A stretch of DNA of 39,993 bases from Candidatus Hydrogenedentota bacterium (GTDB lineage: Bacteria; Hydrogenedentota; Hydrogenedentia; Hydrogenedentales; JAEUWI01), in the NCBI GenBank assembly GCA_034669905.1, contig JAXMOL010000067.1, positions 1 through 39,993 of the forward strand. Reading direction: 5' to 3'. The position numbers and the translations under genes are program-made. Below the pieces are notes generated by a model. The model worked only from the letters and a program-made list of their open reading frames with translations. It searched no databases and had not been told where the DNA came from. Shown here piece by piece: positions 28,403 through 37,924 of the stretch. Numbering within the stretch: the stretch's first letter is position 1; each line of letters begins with the position of its first letter.

Positions 28403-28817
28403 CCTGCCCCGATCCGCAGTACCCTGGTCTGCGGACTGTTCACCTCGCTAACGACAGGACAGCCACACCGGTCTTCGACGTACTTTCCATCGCAGGTAAC
28501 ACGGATTAACGGCTGGTGGGCGTGACGATTGCCGTCGTGTGGTGAGGCATTCCCTGATACGCCCGTGCCAGCGGGCCGCCGGCGCTCCATAGGGGATACC
28601 TTGGCCTGACGCGGCGTGCATGGCGAAGTAGGGACAGTACCGCCCCCATAAACGGGTGTTTAGCGTGGAAACGCCGTTTTCACCCTATTGTCGAGGTCGC
28701 TGTAGACGCTACGGCAACGGGCGGGGATGTCCCGTTGGCTAGCCGAGTGATGTCGAGACTGGGGCACTCACCCGCTCGAGAGTGCGCCGGGCTTCGTGTG
28801 GTTTTTTTACGAGGCAT

Positions 28818-29002
28818 GGGTGCCACCCTCAAGCGGGGCGGCCTCGCCGCAGCGCTTGTGGGTGACAGCACGTCACAGTAGCAGCAACACGTGGCAACGA
28901 TCACAGCAAACCTTCCCAGACAACCCATACAAGTGAGCCGTTCTGAATCCAGGACACCCACAAACTTCCCCCGCTGCGCTCCTCCGTTTGAGGGTGGCAC
29001 CC
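28818..29002. mobile_element. 185-bp MITE/REPIN-like element with 19-bp terminal inverted repeats
   Basis: GGGTGCCACCCTCAAGCGG (28818-28836) versus CCGTTTGAGGGTGGCACCC (28984-29002), 18/19 match; inner IRs CGCAGCG/CGCTGCG and TTGTGGGTG/CACCCACAA. Confidence 0.65.
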
Positions 29003-29111
29003 GGAATCGCTTTCGAAAGGCCTACGCGCCGCGCGTCCATTCTCCATTGAAGCCGTTGCGCATCGTGTGTATAGTGACCGTCATCCTTTTTTTGGCATGC
29101 AGGAGTCGATT

Positions 29112-30467
29112 ATGAAATACGTGCGATTCGTTTTTGGGGCGGTACTTGCAGGACTACTATGGACCTCAGTGGCAACCGCCGATGTCGCCCACGCGCCCGA
29201 AGGCTGGGCACCCGCCGACGTCCGGGAAGGTACCCGACCAGACTTTGCCTATAACGCGAACGCAGGTCCTGATGGCACAGGAACTTTCGTCATCGAAAGC
29301 GACGAGCGCGAAGGCCTCGACGGACGGTGGGTGAAGACCTTCCCCATCGAAGGGGACACCTACTATCGCTTTTCGGCACTTCGCAAACTCACCAACGTAG
29401 CCTCCCCACGACGCTCGGCCCTGGTGCGCATTTACTGGCACAACGATCAAGACCGTGTGGTGCGTCATTCCATCAAGGGCGCCAAGAGCTACGACGGCAA
29501 TAATCCGCCCGTAGCGGAAGCCGAATATCCCCTCGAGCGCGGCACCAACGACGCAGGCTGGACCGAAGTGAGCGACACCTTCCTCACCCCACCCGGTGCC
29601 ACGAAGGCCGTGGTGGAATTGCACTTCCGCTGGGCGGCCAACGCCAAGGCCGAATGGGCCAACGTCACACTCGAAAAAAGCGCCCCCCTCGAAAAACGGC
29701 TGGTCCGCCTGGCAACAGTTCATCATGTGCCACGGGGTGGCACGTCGGCCATGGAAAACTGTGAGCAATTCGCACCCCTCATCGCCGAGGCTGCCGCGCA
29801 AGACGCCGACCTGGTGGTCCTCCCCGAAACCCTGACCTGCATGGGTAACGGCAAGTCCTATTTTGACGTGGGCGAAAGCGTCCCCGGCCCCTCGACCGAC
29901 TATTTCGCAGGCCTCGCCAAAAAACACGAACTCTATCTCGTGGTGGGACTGGTGGAGCGGGTAGACCATCTCATCTATAACGTCTCGGTGCTCCTCGATC
30001 CCCGGGGCGAGGTGGCAGGCAAGTACCGCAAGGTAACCCTCCCCCGCACGGAGATTGATGCGGGCATTATGCCTGGGAATGAATACCCCGTCTTCGATAC
30101 GGATTTTGGCAAGGTGGGCATGATGATTTGCTACGACGGCTTCTTCCCCGAAGTGGCCCGTCAATTGAGTAACAATGGCGCAGAGGTGATTGCCTTTCCC
30201 GTGGCGGGTTGTAACCCCATGCTGGCGGCCGCGCGGGCCTGCGAAAACCATGTCTACGTGGTGAGCAGCTCCTACACCGATGTGAACAGCGGCTGGATGG
30301 TGACGGGCATCTTCGACCGGGAGGGCGATGTAATTGCCCAGGCGAAGGAGTGGGGCTCGGTGGTCGTCACCGAAGTGGATTTGAATCAACGGCTTTATTG
30401 GACCAGTCTGGGCGACTTCGGTGCGGAACTCCCCCACAACCGCCCTCTGCCTCCGAAAGGGAACTAG
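29112..30467 (+). CDS. Secreted carbon-nitrogen hydrolase (nitrilase superfamily) with N-terminal CBM-like domain
   Basis: AGGAG RBS, signal peptide, Glu-Lys-Cys triad (LPET, YRKV, ICYD), ARACEN motif. Confidence 0.88.
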   Translation: MKYVRFVFGAVLAGLLWTSVATADVAHAPEGWAPADVREGTRPDFAYNANAGPDGTGTFVIESDEREGLDGRWVKTFPIEGDTYYRFSALRKLTNVASPRRSALVRIYWHNDQDRVVRHSIKGAKSYDGNNPPVAEAEYPLERGTNDAGWTEVSDTFLTPPGATKAVVELHFRWAANAKAEWANVTLEKSAPLEKRLVRLATVHHVPRGGTSAMENCEQFAPLIAEAAAQDADLVVLPETLTCMGNGKSYFDVGESVPGPSTDYFAGLAKKHELYLVVGLVERVDHLIYNVSVLLDPRGEVAGKYRKVTLPRTEIDAGIMPGNEYPVFDTDFGKVGMMICYDGFFPEVARQLSNNGAEVIAFPVAGCNPMLAAARACENHVYVVSSSYTDVNSGWMVTGIFDREGDVIAQAKEWGSVVVTEVDLNQRLYWTSLGDFGAELPHNRPLPPKGN

Positions 30468-30550
30468 TGAAACTCGGTCTACCAAGCAACGCCAACATCT
30501 CGGCGAAGACGGAGCTCCAGTAAGGCAAATGAAAAACGGATGAAACGCGC

Positions 30551-30577
30551 TGGATTCCCGCCTACGCGGGAATGACG
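30551..30577. repeat. dRS3/CGTC-type REP palindrome
   Basis: TGGATTCCCGCCTACGCGGGAATGACG contains ATTCCC-N8-GGGAAT; a degenerate inverted mate lies at ~30495-30521. Confidence 0.75.
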
Positions 30578-30619
30578 TTGTCGCGTAAATTTTTTGACGA
30601 GTTGGAGAATCAGACACGA

Positions 30620-31405
30620 ATGGAAATCTGGGATGGACACTGTCACATCAGCGGCTTCAGCGGCACGCCAGCCGAGCGGGTCGGCAAATCGCTGGAAGTA
30701 GCCGATCGCATGGGCGTGGACAAACTTTGTATTTATATGGGTACGTCGTTTCAAACCGAGCCCACGGCCGCACAACTGATTGAAGCCAATGACCAGGTCT
30801 TAGAGGCCGTCGCCGCCTGGCCCGACCGCGTGTTCGGCTGGGTCTACCTGAGTCCCGCGCACCTGGAAACAAGCCTCGCTGAGTTGGAACGCTGCGTCGC
30901 CAATGGCCCCATGGTGGCCATCAAGTTGTGGGTCGCGCAGAACTGCGACACCCCGGAAGTCGACACCATCGTCAAGCGTGCCACGGAGCTCAAGGCCCCG
31001 GTCTTCCAGCATACGTGGCGAAAGATTACGGGCAACCTCCCGGGCGAATCCATGGCCGTCGACCTCGTGCGCCTCGCCAGGCGACACCCCGACGCCACCC
31101 TTATCTGTGGCCACACGGGCGGCGACTGGGAACAGGGCATCCGGGCGATTCGGCCTATCAAGAATCTCTACGCCGACCTCGGCGGCGGCGACCCGACGGC
31201 CGGCTTCACCGAGATGGCCGTCCGCGAGTTGGGGGCGGAGCGGGTGCTCTTTGGCAGCGACATCCCCGGACGGAGTTTTGGGTCGCAGATTGCCAAGGTG
31301 GAAGGCGCCCGTATCAGCGAAGCGGAAAAGACCCTGATCTTTGCGCAGAACCTGAAGCGACTGTTGACGCCGATTTTGGAATTGAAGGGGGTGGCCGTTG
31401 GATAG
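30620..31405 (+). CDS. Amidohydrolase_2-family metallohydrolase
   Basis: WDGHCH, AIKL, PVFQH, ICGH.GG, LGAERVLFGSD. Start moved to ATG 30620 because the ORF-track start lies inside the REP. Confidence 0.9.
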   Translation: MEIWDGHCHISGFSGTPAERVGKSLEVADRMGVDKLCIYMGTSFQTEPTAAQLIEANDQVLEAVAAWPDRVFGWVYLSPAHLETSLAELERCVANGPMVAIKLWVAQNCDTPEVDTIVKRATELKAPVFQHTWRKITGNLPGESMAVDLVRLARRHPDATLICGHTGGDWEQGIRAIRPIKNLYADLGGGDPTAGFTEMAVRELGAERVLFGSDIPGRSFGSQIAKVEGARISEAEKTLIFAQNLKRLLTPILELKGVAVG

Positions 31406-31410
31406 CACAC

Positions 31411-31606
31411 GCAAAGGACCTAAAGGACGAAAAGGACTTAAACGACGGGTTGTGCGACATCACCCTGCTACGCGTTGGCCCCATGGTGTCCTGCGGGAGC
31501 TTTCCAGCAGCTCCTGGTCTTCCGTGGTTGCGGTGCACCAGTGGCGCGCCGCGCACGCCTCACGCAGACTGTCCTTTACGCCCCTTTTGTCGTTTAAGTC
31601 TTTCAA
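31411..31606. repeat. Inverted pair of 4 x 9-bp NNAAAGGAC arrays enclosing ~124 bp
   Basis: 31411-31446 forward and 31571-31606 reverse (GTCCTTTAC GCCCCTTTT GTCGTTTAA GTCTTTCAA). Confidence 0.75.
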
Positions 31607-31630
31607 TACACCCAAGGTAATCACTACCCC

Positions 31631-32398
31631 ATGTTCATAGACACCAACGCCTACATCGGCCAATGGCCCTTTCGCACCCTTCCAGACGCCTCGGTGGACG
31701 CCCTCCTCGCCAACTACAGCCACTATGGTGTCGAGCGCGCCTGGACCGGCTCATTCGATGGGCTCTTTCACAAAGACGTGGCAGGCGTTAATGCCCGCCT
31801 GGTGGAGGCCTGCGCCACCAACGACAACTACATTCTCCAACCCTTCGGCACGGTCAACCCCACCCTCCCCAATTGGGAGGAAGACCTCCGGCGCTGCGTG
31901 GAAGACCACGCGATGCAGGGCATCCGACTCCATCCCAACTACCACGGCTACCTCCTCGATGATGACCGCTTCAAGGCACTCCTGCAGGCCGCAGCTAGCC
32001 ACAAGCTCGTCGTCCAACTGGTGACCACCATGGAAGACGAGCGGATGATGCATCCCTTGATGCAGGTCCCCCATGTGGATGTGGCGCCGCTGGCGGAGAT
32101 CATTGGCGACATCGACGGCCTCAAGTTCATCCTGCTGAATGCCTTCCGGGCGGTTCGCGGGAAGGCCATCGACACCCTCGTAGCCACCGAGAAGGTGGGC
32201 TTTGATATCGCCTGGCTCGAGGGCATTGCGGGCATTGATCGCGTGCGCAGCCAGATACCCGTGGAGCGATTGCATTTCGGCTCCTATACGCCTTTCTTCT
32301 ACTTTCAGTCTTCCATGTTGAAATTGAAAGAATCAGACCTGAGCACCGAAGAACTGAACGCCATTCAGGGCGGCAATGCGGAAGCACTGCTTTCCTGA
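31631..32398 (+). CDS. Amidohydrolase_2-like protein with degenerate metal ligands
   Basis: IDTNAYIGQWPFR, GIRLHPNYHGY, ERLHFGSYTP, GGNA. Confidence 0.85.
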   Translation: MFIDTNAYIGQWPFRTLPDASVDALLANYSHYGVERAWTGSFDGLFHKDVAGVNARLVEACATNDNYILQPFGTVNPTLPNWEEDLRRCVEDHAMQGIRLHPNYHGYLLDDDRFKALLQAAASHKLVVQLVTTMEDERMMHPLMQVPHVDVAPLAEIIGDIDGLKFILLNAFRAVRGKAIDTLVATEKVGFDIAWLEGIAGIDRVRSQIPVERLHFGSYTPFFYFQSSMLKLKESDLSTEELNAIQGGNAEALLS

Positions 32399-32456
32399 GC
32401 CCTATTACATCGATCCAGATCGAAAACTACGTAACACGTATTGAGGAGCAAGGATT

Positions 32457-33773
32457 ATGACGACGAAGAAAACCATCCGCCGCCGAGAGTTCATGGCGGC
32501 ATCGGCCGGCATCGCACTGGCCGGACTCAGCGCGGGCCGTTCGGCCTCTGCGGCCGAGGCAACGCTGGCAGTCGATGGGGGAAGCCCGACGGTCACTGCA
32601 ACCTCCACCGCTCCCCCACGCTTTGGCGCCCCGGAACTGGAGCGCCTCCAGGAAATGGTCAAGCAAGACGCCCTCTTCTACTGGAAGGGGCCCCAGACCG
32701 AGCTCTTCAAAGAACGTTTTCAGGCCATGTGTCCCCTGGAACATGTCATGACCTGCACCTCCGGCACCGCCGCACTCCATATCGCGGTGGCCGCCGTGGG
32801 CCTGGTGCCGGGCGACGAGGTAATCACCTCCCCCATTACCGACGTCGGCACGGTCATCGGCATCATCTATCAGCAGGGTGTGCCCGTGTTTGCCGACCTG
32901 GGTGCCCACACCCTGACCCTCGACCCAGCCAGCGTGGAAGCAGCCATTACGCCGCGCACCAAGGCCATCATCGCCGTCCACCTGGCGGGCAACCCCAGCA
33001 AGATGAAGGAACTCCGGGCCATCGCCGACAAGCACGGCCTGGTGCTTATCGAAGACGCCTGTCAGGCCTGGGGCGCCGAGTACCGGGGCAAGCCCATCGG
33101 CACCCAGGGCGACATTGCCTGCTGGTCCCTGCAGAACTCCAAGCTCATCACCACGGGCGATGGGGGTGTCGTAGCTTCCAATCACCCGGAATTCGGCCCC
33201 AAGCTCCAGCCCATGGGTGACAAGGGCTTCAACCGCTCTGAAGGTAAGTGGCAGGGCTTCTCTACCAACTACCGCATGAGCGAACCCCAGGCCGCAGTGC
33301 TGGCCGGGCAGATGACCCGCCTGGAAGGCATTGCCTCCTCCCGCGCCAAACTGGGCAACCGGCTCAACGCCGAAATCAGCGGCATCCCGGGCATCACGCC
33401 CCACGAAGTACACCCCGATGACCGGTGCGTCTACTGGTTCAACATGTTCCGCATTGACCCGGCGGCCTTTAAGGTGGACCGGGGACAGTTTTACAAAGCG
33501 TTACGTGCGGAAGGCGTACCCTGCAGTCCCGGCTATATCCCCGTACCGGTCCACCGCAGTGATGTGTTCCAAAACCACGCGTTTTTTAACGGTCACTGGA
33601 CGATTAAAGAAGCGGGCATGACCGATATGGACTACACCAAAGTGGAGACCCCGGAGGCGGAGGCCATCCTGCAAACGGGTATGCGGGTCTTCATCAAGGA
33701 ACACATGACCGAAGAACAGGCGACCCAGTTTGGTGCGGCAATTCGCAAAGTCGCGAAACACTACGCCGTGTAA
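32457..33773 (+). CDS. DegT/DnrJ/EryC1/StrS PLP aminotransferase with twin-arginine signal peptide
   Basis: SGTAALH, PGDEVI, AVHLAG, IEDACQA, SLQNSKLITTGDGG (PLP Lys), NYRMSE; N-terminus IRRREFMAASAG...ASA. Confidence 0.92.
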   Translation: MTTKKTIRRREFMAASAGIALAGLSAGRSASAAEATLAVDGGSPTVTATSTAPPRFGAPELERLQEMVKQDALFYWKGPQTELFKERFQAMCPLEHVMTCTSGTAALHIAVAAVGLVPGDEVITSPITDVGTVIGIIYQQGVPVFADLGAHTLTLDPASVEAAITPRTKAIIAVHLAGNPSKMKELRAIADKHGLVLIEDACQAWGAEYRGKPIGTQGDIACWSLQNSKLITTGDGGVVASNHPEFGPKLQPMGDKGFNRSEGKWQGFSTNYRMSEPQAAVLAGQMTRLEGIASSRAKLGNRLNAEISGIPGITPHEVHPDDRCVYWFNMFRIDPAAFKVDRGQFYKALRAEGVPCSPGYIPVPVHRSDVFQNHAFFNGHWTIKEAGMTDMDYTKVETPEAEAILQTGMRVFIKEHMTEEQATQFGAAIRKVAKHYAV

Positions 33774-33885
33774 GTCAGAACATGGGCCGCATGGGACCAG
33801 TCGGTCTTATGCGGCCCTCCATCGACTTCCCGAACGGTTCCACAGCCGCCCCCTCGCCCAACACCCTGCACCAAAGACCATCCTG

Positions 33886-33894
33886 TGGTATAAT
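33886..33894 (+). promoter_or_regulatory. Extended -10 promoter element (TGnTATAAT) for the ygiQ-like gene
   Basis: TGGTATAAT about 70 nt upstream of the GTG start. Confidence 0.55.
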
Positions 33895-33962
33895 GGCGCC
33901 TTAACGGGTGATCTGTGTCTTCACCCCCCAAAAACGCGCTATCTACCCGTCAGGAAATCCCC

Positions 33963-35804
33963 GTGGCCCGCAAGAAAAAAATACCTACCGTTGCCGAATG
34001 TGCCTCCCAGTTTGAGGAACCCGCCCTTCCCATGACCCGGGAAGATATGGACGCGCGGGGTTGGGATGAGCTCGACGTCCTCCTGATTTCTGGCGATGCC
34101 TATGTGGACCATCCCTCTTTCGGCACGCCCCTGCTCGGGCGCTGGTTGGTGCAGCACGGTTTCCGGGTGGGTATTATTGCCCAGCCGAAATGGCAAGACA
34201 CGAGCGACATCACCGTTATGGGACGTCCGCGTCTCTTCACCGGGGTCTCTGCGGGCACGGTCGACTCCATGCTGGCCCACAACACGGCCTTTAAGAAACG
34301 ACGCCATGACGACCAATACACGCCAGGTGGCCGCGCCGGCGCACGGCCGGACCGGGCCTGCGTGGTCTACACCAATCTGGTCCGCCAGGCATTCCCCGGC
34401 ACACCGGTCGTCATCGGCGGTGTGGAAGCGTCCCTTCGTCGGGCAACCCACTATTGTTTCTGGACCGACAAGCTGCGCCGCTCCATCTTGCTCGACAGCA
34501 AGGCGGATCTTCTGGTGTACGGCATGGGCGAATTGGCCATTCTGGAGATTGCCCGACGCCTCGACGCCGACCCGCCGGGGCTGACCTACACCAAAGAGAC
34601 CCTCCACGGCATTCCCGGGACGGCCTTTGCGTTACCGAGTCTTGCTGCCTTGAAAAAAGCGGACTACGCGCCTGAGACGGAAGACGATCTGGTGGTATTG
34701 CCTTCCCATGAGAATATTCTGGCCGAACCAAAGGCATTGATGAAGGCGACCCTCTTGCTGGAGCGGCAGGCCTTCCAGGGCGTGCGCTGGGCCGCCGAAG
34801 AGTGTGGTAACCGGCTCATCGCCATCGCGCCGCCGGCCCGACTCCTCAATACTGAGGAGATGGACCTCCTCTACTCCCTGCCCTACACGCGCATGGCCCA
34901 CCCGGTCTACACCGAGGTAATTCCCGCTGCGCGGATGATTCAGTTCAGCGTCACCAGCCACCGCGGCTGTGCAGGGTCCTGCTCCTTCTGCTCCATCACC
35001 ATGCACCAGGGCCGCACCATCACCTCGCGCAGTGGCGAGTCGATCCGCAAAGAAGTAAAAACCATTACCGAGCACCCCCAGTGGAATGGCAGTATCACCG
35101 ATGTGGGTGGGCCTACCGCCAACATGTGGGGTTCCTATTGTGCCGACGATCCCACGACCTGCAAACGGGCGGACTGTCTTACGCCCAATCCCTGTAAGCA
35201 CTTCAAGACCAACGAAGCCGAACAGGTCGAATTGCTGAACTCGATTCGCGATATGGAGGGCGTCAAAAACCTCCGCATCTCCAGCGGCGTCCGATACGAC
35301 ATGGCGGAAGACGGGGGCGACTATGTTAAGTCCCTCGTGAACGACTATGTGGGGGGCCAGCTTAAGATTGCACCCGAGCACATGTCCGACAAAGTGCTCA
35401 AGCTCATGCGAAAGCCCAAGTTTGAGAAATTCGAGAAGTTCCTCAACCTCTTTCAGCAGCAATCCTGCGATGCGGGCAAAGAGCAGTATGTCATTCCCTA
35501 CCTCATCAGCGCCTTCCCGGGCTGTACGGACGACGACATGCGAGAGTTGTCTGCGTGGCTGAAACAGCGCAACTGGAAGCCCCAACAGGTTCAGTGTTTC
35601 ATCCCCACTCCCGGCATCGTGGCCACGGCCATGTTTTACGCGGGGGTGGATCAGTACATGCGGCCCATCGAAGTGGCTCGCGACCAGAAAGCACGGTTAC
35701 GCCAGCACCACATTCTCATGCCCGACCACGGTAAGCCCATCGGTCGGCCCAAGGCACGGGAATTCAAGCGCCGGACGAAGGCGACTTCTGCGGGACGTCG
35801 CTGA
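33963..35804 (+). CDS. ygiQ: YgiQ-family (UPF0313) radical SAM protein
   Basis: GWDELDV.LISGDAYVDHPSFG, HRGCAGSCSFC (CxxxCxxC), DVGGPTANM, LKIAPEH, QVQCFIPTP; GTG start at 33963. Confidence 0.92.
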   Translation: MARKKKIPTVAECASQFEEPALPMTREDMDARGWDELDVLLISGDAYVDHPSFGTPLLGRWLVQHGFRVGIIAQPKWQDTSDITVMGRPRLFTGVSAGTVDSMLAHNTAFKKRRHDDQYTPGGRAGARPDRACVVYTNLVRQAFPGTPVVIGGVEASLRRATHYCFWTDKLRRSILLDSKADLLVYGMGELAILEIARRLDADPPGLTYTKETLHGIPGTAFALPSLAALKKADYAPETEDDLVVLPSHENILAEPKALMKATLLLERQAFQGVRWAAEECGNRLIAIAPPARLLNTEEMDLLYSLPYTRMAHPVYTEVIPAARMIQFSVTSHRGCAGSCSFCSITMHQGRTITSRSGESIRKEVKTITEHPQWNGSITDVGGPTANMWGSYCADDPTTCKRADCLTPNPCKHFKTNEAEQVELLNSIRDMEGVKNLRISSGVRYDMAEDGGDYVKSLVNDYVGGQLKIAPEHMSDKVLKLMRKPKFEKFEKFLNLFQQQSCDAGKEQYVIPYLISAFPGCTDDDMRELSAWLKQRNWKPQQVQCFIPTPGIVATAMFYAGVDQYMRPIEVARDQKARLRQHHILMPDHGKPIGRPKAREFKRRTKATSAGRR

Positions 35805-35871
35805 TACGGGGACGACGTAGATACCTGCGTACCCCTGACAACGCTACGTGTAGTCGCGGGATGTCTTTGCC

Positions 35872-36633
35872 CTAATCCTCAATAAGCTCCGCGTCATACT
35901 GGTCTTTGCGCAATTCGCGGGCTCCCCGTCCAAAGTGCGCTTTCAGCAGACGGGAGAGGTGGTATTCGTTCGCCAGGCCTACCCGGGGTGCAATCTCGCG
36001 CAGGGGCAGATTGGTCTCTAACAGGAGGCGATGGGCCAATTCCAGGCGGGCTTTGCGCACATACTCCATAGGCGTCATCCCTGTTTCAGCGCGAAACAGC
36101 CGAGAGAGATGAAACTTGTTCAAACTGCCGCATGTGGCCAGTGCATCGAGCGAGATGGGCTTCTCCAGGTTCTTGTGGATGTAACGACAGACCAGGGAAA
36201 GCATGTCATCAGGCGGTTGGGCCACCAGCCGCTGGAGCTCTCCGGCAAGCATCGCGGTCACCTGCTGCTGATAGGCGGCCCGTCCGGAATAGCCCGAAAA
36301 TTCCTCCGCCACCAACCACCGAACAATTTCCCGAACTCGCCCCTGGCGATCATCCAGCAGGTGGGGAATATTAAGAGGCCGATCGCACCACTCGAAATCA
36401 CAACAGATAAAATCCAGCAGCCCCTCGCCGTGCTGGCACTCTTTGTGCACACAACCGGGCGGATAGAAAAGGACCTGACCCGACTCCGCAATGAATTGGT
36501 GGCCAGCGATCTCCGCACGGTGGGCCCCCCGCAAGACCACGATAATCTCGCAAAAGGTGTGTGCATGGGCCGGCGGGTGCCACTCGACCCCGGCCTGCCA
36601 TCGGCGCACAGACAGAAACTCACTGCCACCCAT
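35872..36633 (-). CDS. AraC-family transcriptional regulator with cupin sensor domain
   Basis: HAH.FCEI...PPGCVH cupin; LSRLFRAETGMTPMEY...RL..A..LL...EIA..VG HTH. Alternative start at 36681. Confidence 0.9.
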   Translation of the reverse strand: MGGSEFLSVRRWQAGVEWHPPAHAHTFCEIIVVLRGAHRAEIAGHQFIAESGQVLFYPPGCVHKECQHGEGLLDFICCDFEWCDRPLNIPHLLDDRQGRVREIVRWLVAEEFSGYSGRAAYQQQVTAMLAGELQRLVAQPPDDMLSLVCRYIHKNLEKPISLDALATCGSLNKFHLSRLFRAETGMTPMEYVRKARLELAHRLLLETNLPLREIAPRVGLANEYHLSRLLKAHFGRGARELRKDQYDAELIED

Positions 36634-36776
36634 TTCGTCGATCCCTCGTTCAGGCAACCGCGATAGACTCCACCGTGACATTCTCCGAATTCTTTCCCGC
36701 GACCACCGGAAGGGCCGGGCACCGAAAGCCGAAGCCCCCGGCCAGCCCAGACCGGGACAGGCGTAGCGGGTTCGTG

Positions 36777-37682
36777 TCAGCCTGTGCCCTTCGTCCCGGT
36801 TCTACCCGGCTTCGCGTTTGTTTCGATGAATTTGATAATCGCGCCGGCAATATCTTTTCCCGTGGCTCCTTCGATGCCTTCCAGCCCCGGAGAAGAGTTC
36901 ACCTCCATAATCACAGGACCATGATTGGAGCGTAGTATATCAACACCCGCCACGTTCAGCCCCATGACCTTCGCTGCCTGTTTGGCCACGGCCCGTTCCT
37001 GGGGGGTAATTTTTTCAACCGACGCGGTACCACCCCGGTGAAGATTGGAGCGAAACTCGCCGGCGGGGCCCTGGCGTTTCATGGCACCGACGACCTTGCC
37101 GCCGACCACAAGACACCGAATATCGGCACCCTTGGCTTCTTTGATAAATTCCTGGATCAGAATATTGGCTTCCAGCCCGTAGAAGGCCTGGATTACGCTT
37201 TCCGCAGCCTTCTTGGTCTCGGTCAATACCACCCCCATGCCCTGGGTTCCCTGGAGCAATTTCACCACCAGGGGCGCACCGCCCACCATGTCAATCAAAT
37301 CCGAAATATCATCGGGCTCCCGGGCAAACCCACTTACGGGCAGGCCAATACCCTTACGCGCCAGCAACTGGAGCGAGCGCAGCTTATCCCGGGAACGGGA
37401 AATCGCGACGCTTTCATTGACGGGATAAACCCCCATCATTTCGAACTGGCGCAATACCGCTGTACCATAGAAGGTGATGGAGGCCCCGATGCGGGGAATT
37501 ACCGCGTCCAGATCTTCGATAGACTCCCCTTTGTAATGCACGGCAGGTTTCATAGAAGCAATGCTCATATAGCACCGCTTATGGTTAATAACCTTCATAT
37601 CGTGCCCCATGGCCTTCCCCGCCTCCACAAGCCGGGCGGTGGAATAGATTTTGGGACTGGTAGACATGATGCCGATTTTCAT
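36777..37682 (-). CDS. rimK: Ribosomal protein S6--L-glutamate ligase (ATP-grasp)
   Basis: 301 aa from [63 protein letters not shown]. Confidence 0.96.
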   Translation of the reverse strand: MKIGIMSTSPKIYSTARLVEAGKAMGHDMKVINHKRCYMSIASMKPAVHYKGESIEDLDAVIPRIGASITFYGTAVLRQFEMMGVYPVNESVAISRSRDKLRSLQLLARKGIGLPVSGFAREPDDISDLIDMVGGAPLVVKLLQGTQGMGVVLTETKKAAESVIQAFYGLEANILIQEFIKEAKGADIRCLVVGGKVVGAMKRQGPAGEFRSNLHRGGTASVEKITPQERAVAKQAAKVMGLNVAGVDILRSNHGPVIMEVNSSPGLEGIEGATGKDIAGAIIKFIETNAKPGRTGTKGTG

Positions 37683-37924
37683 AAGGTTCCTTTCGGTCCG
37701 GTGTATTGAACCGGGGGTTATAGCGCGTCCATGGCAAGTAACAACGTACTGCGGAAAATGGCCACCGATTAACGGCAGGTGCGGGGTGGTGGGTAAGACC
37801 AGCCCTACCACGACATGCGATTCAATTCATACTACAGCTTTCCGCGTCGGACCGCAAACGCCACTACGCACGGGCGTTGCACTGTCCAGGCACAACCAAC
37901 GCAAGTGCGCCGAAACACCTCGCC

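Noticed and set aside
35811..35834. Hairpin between convergent ygiQ and araC as an intrinsic terminator
   Set aside because: Imperfect stem with no U-tract on either strand; too weak to call.
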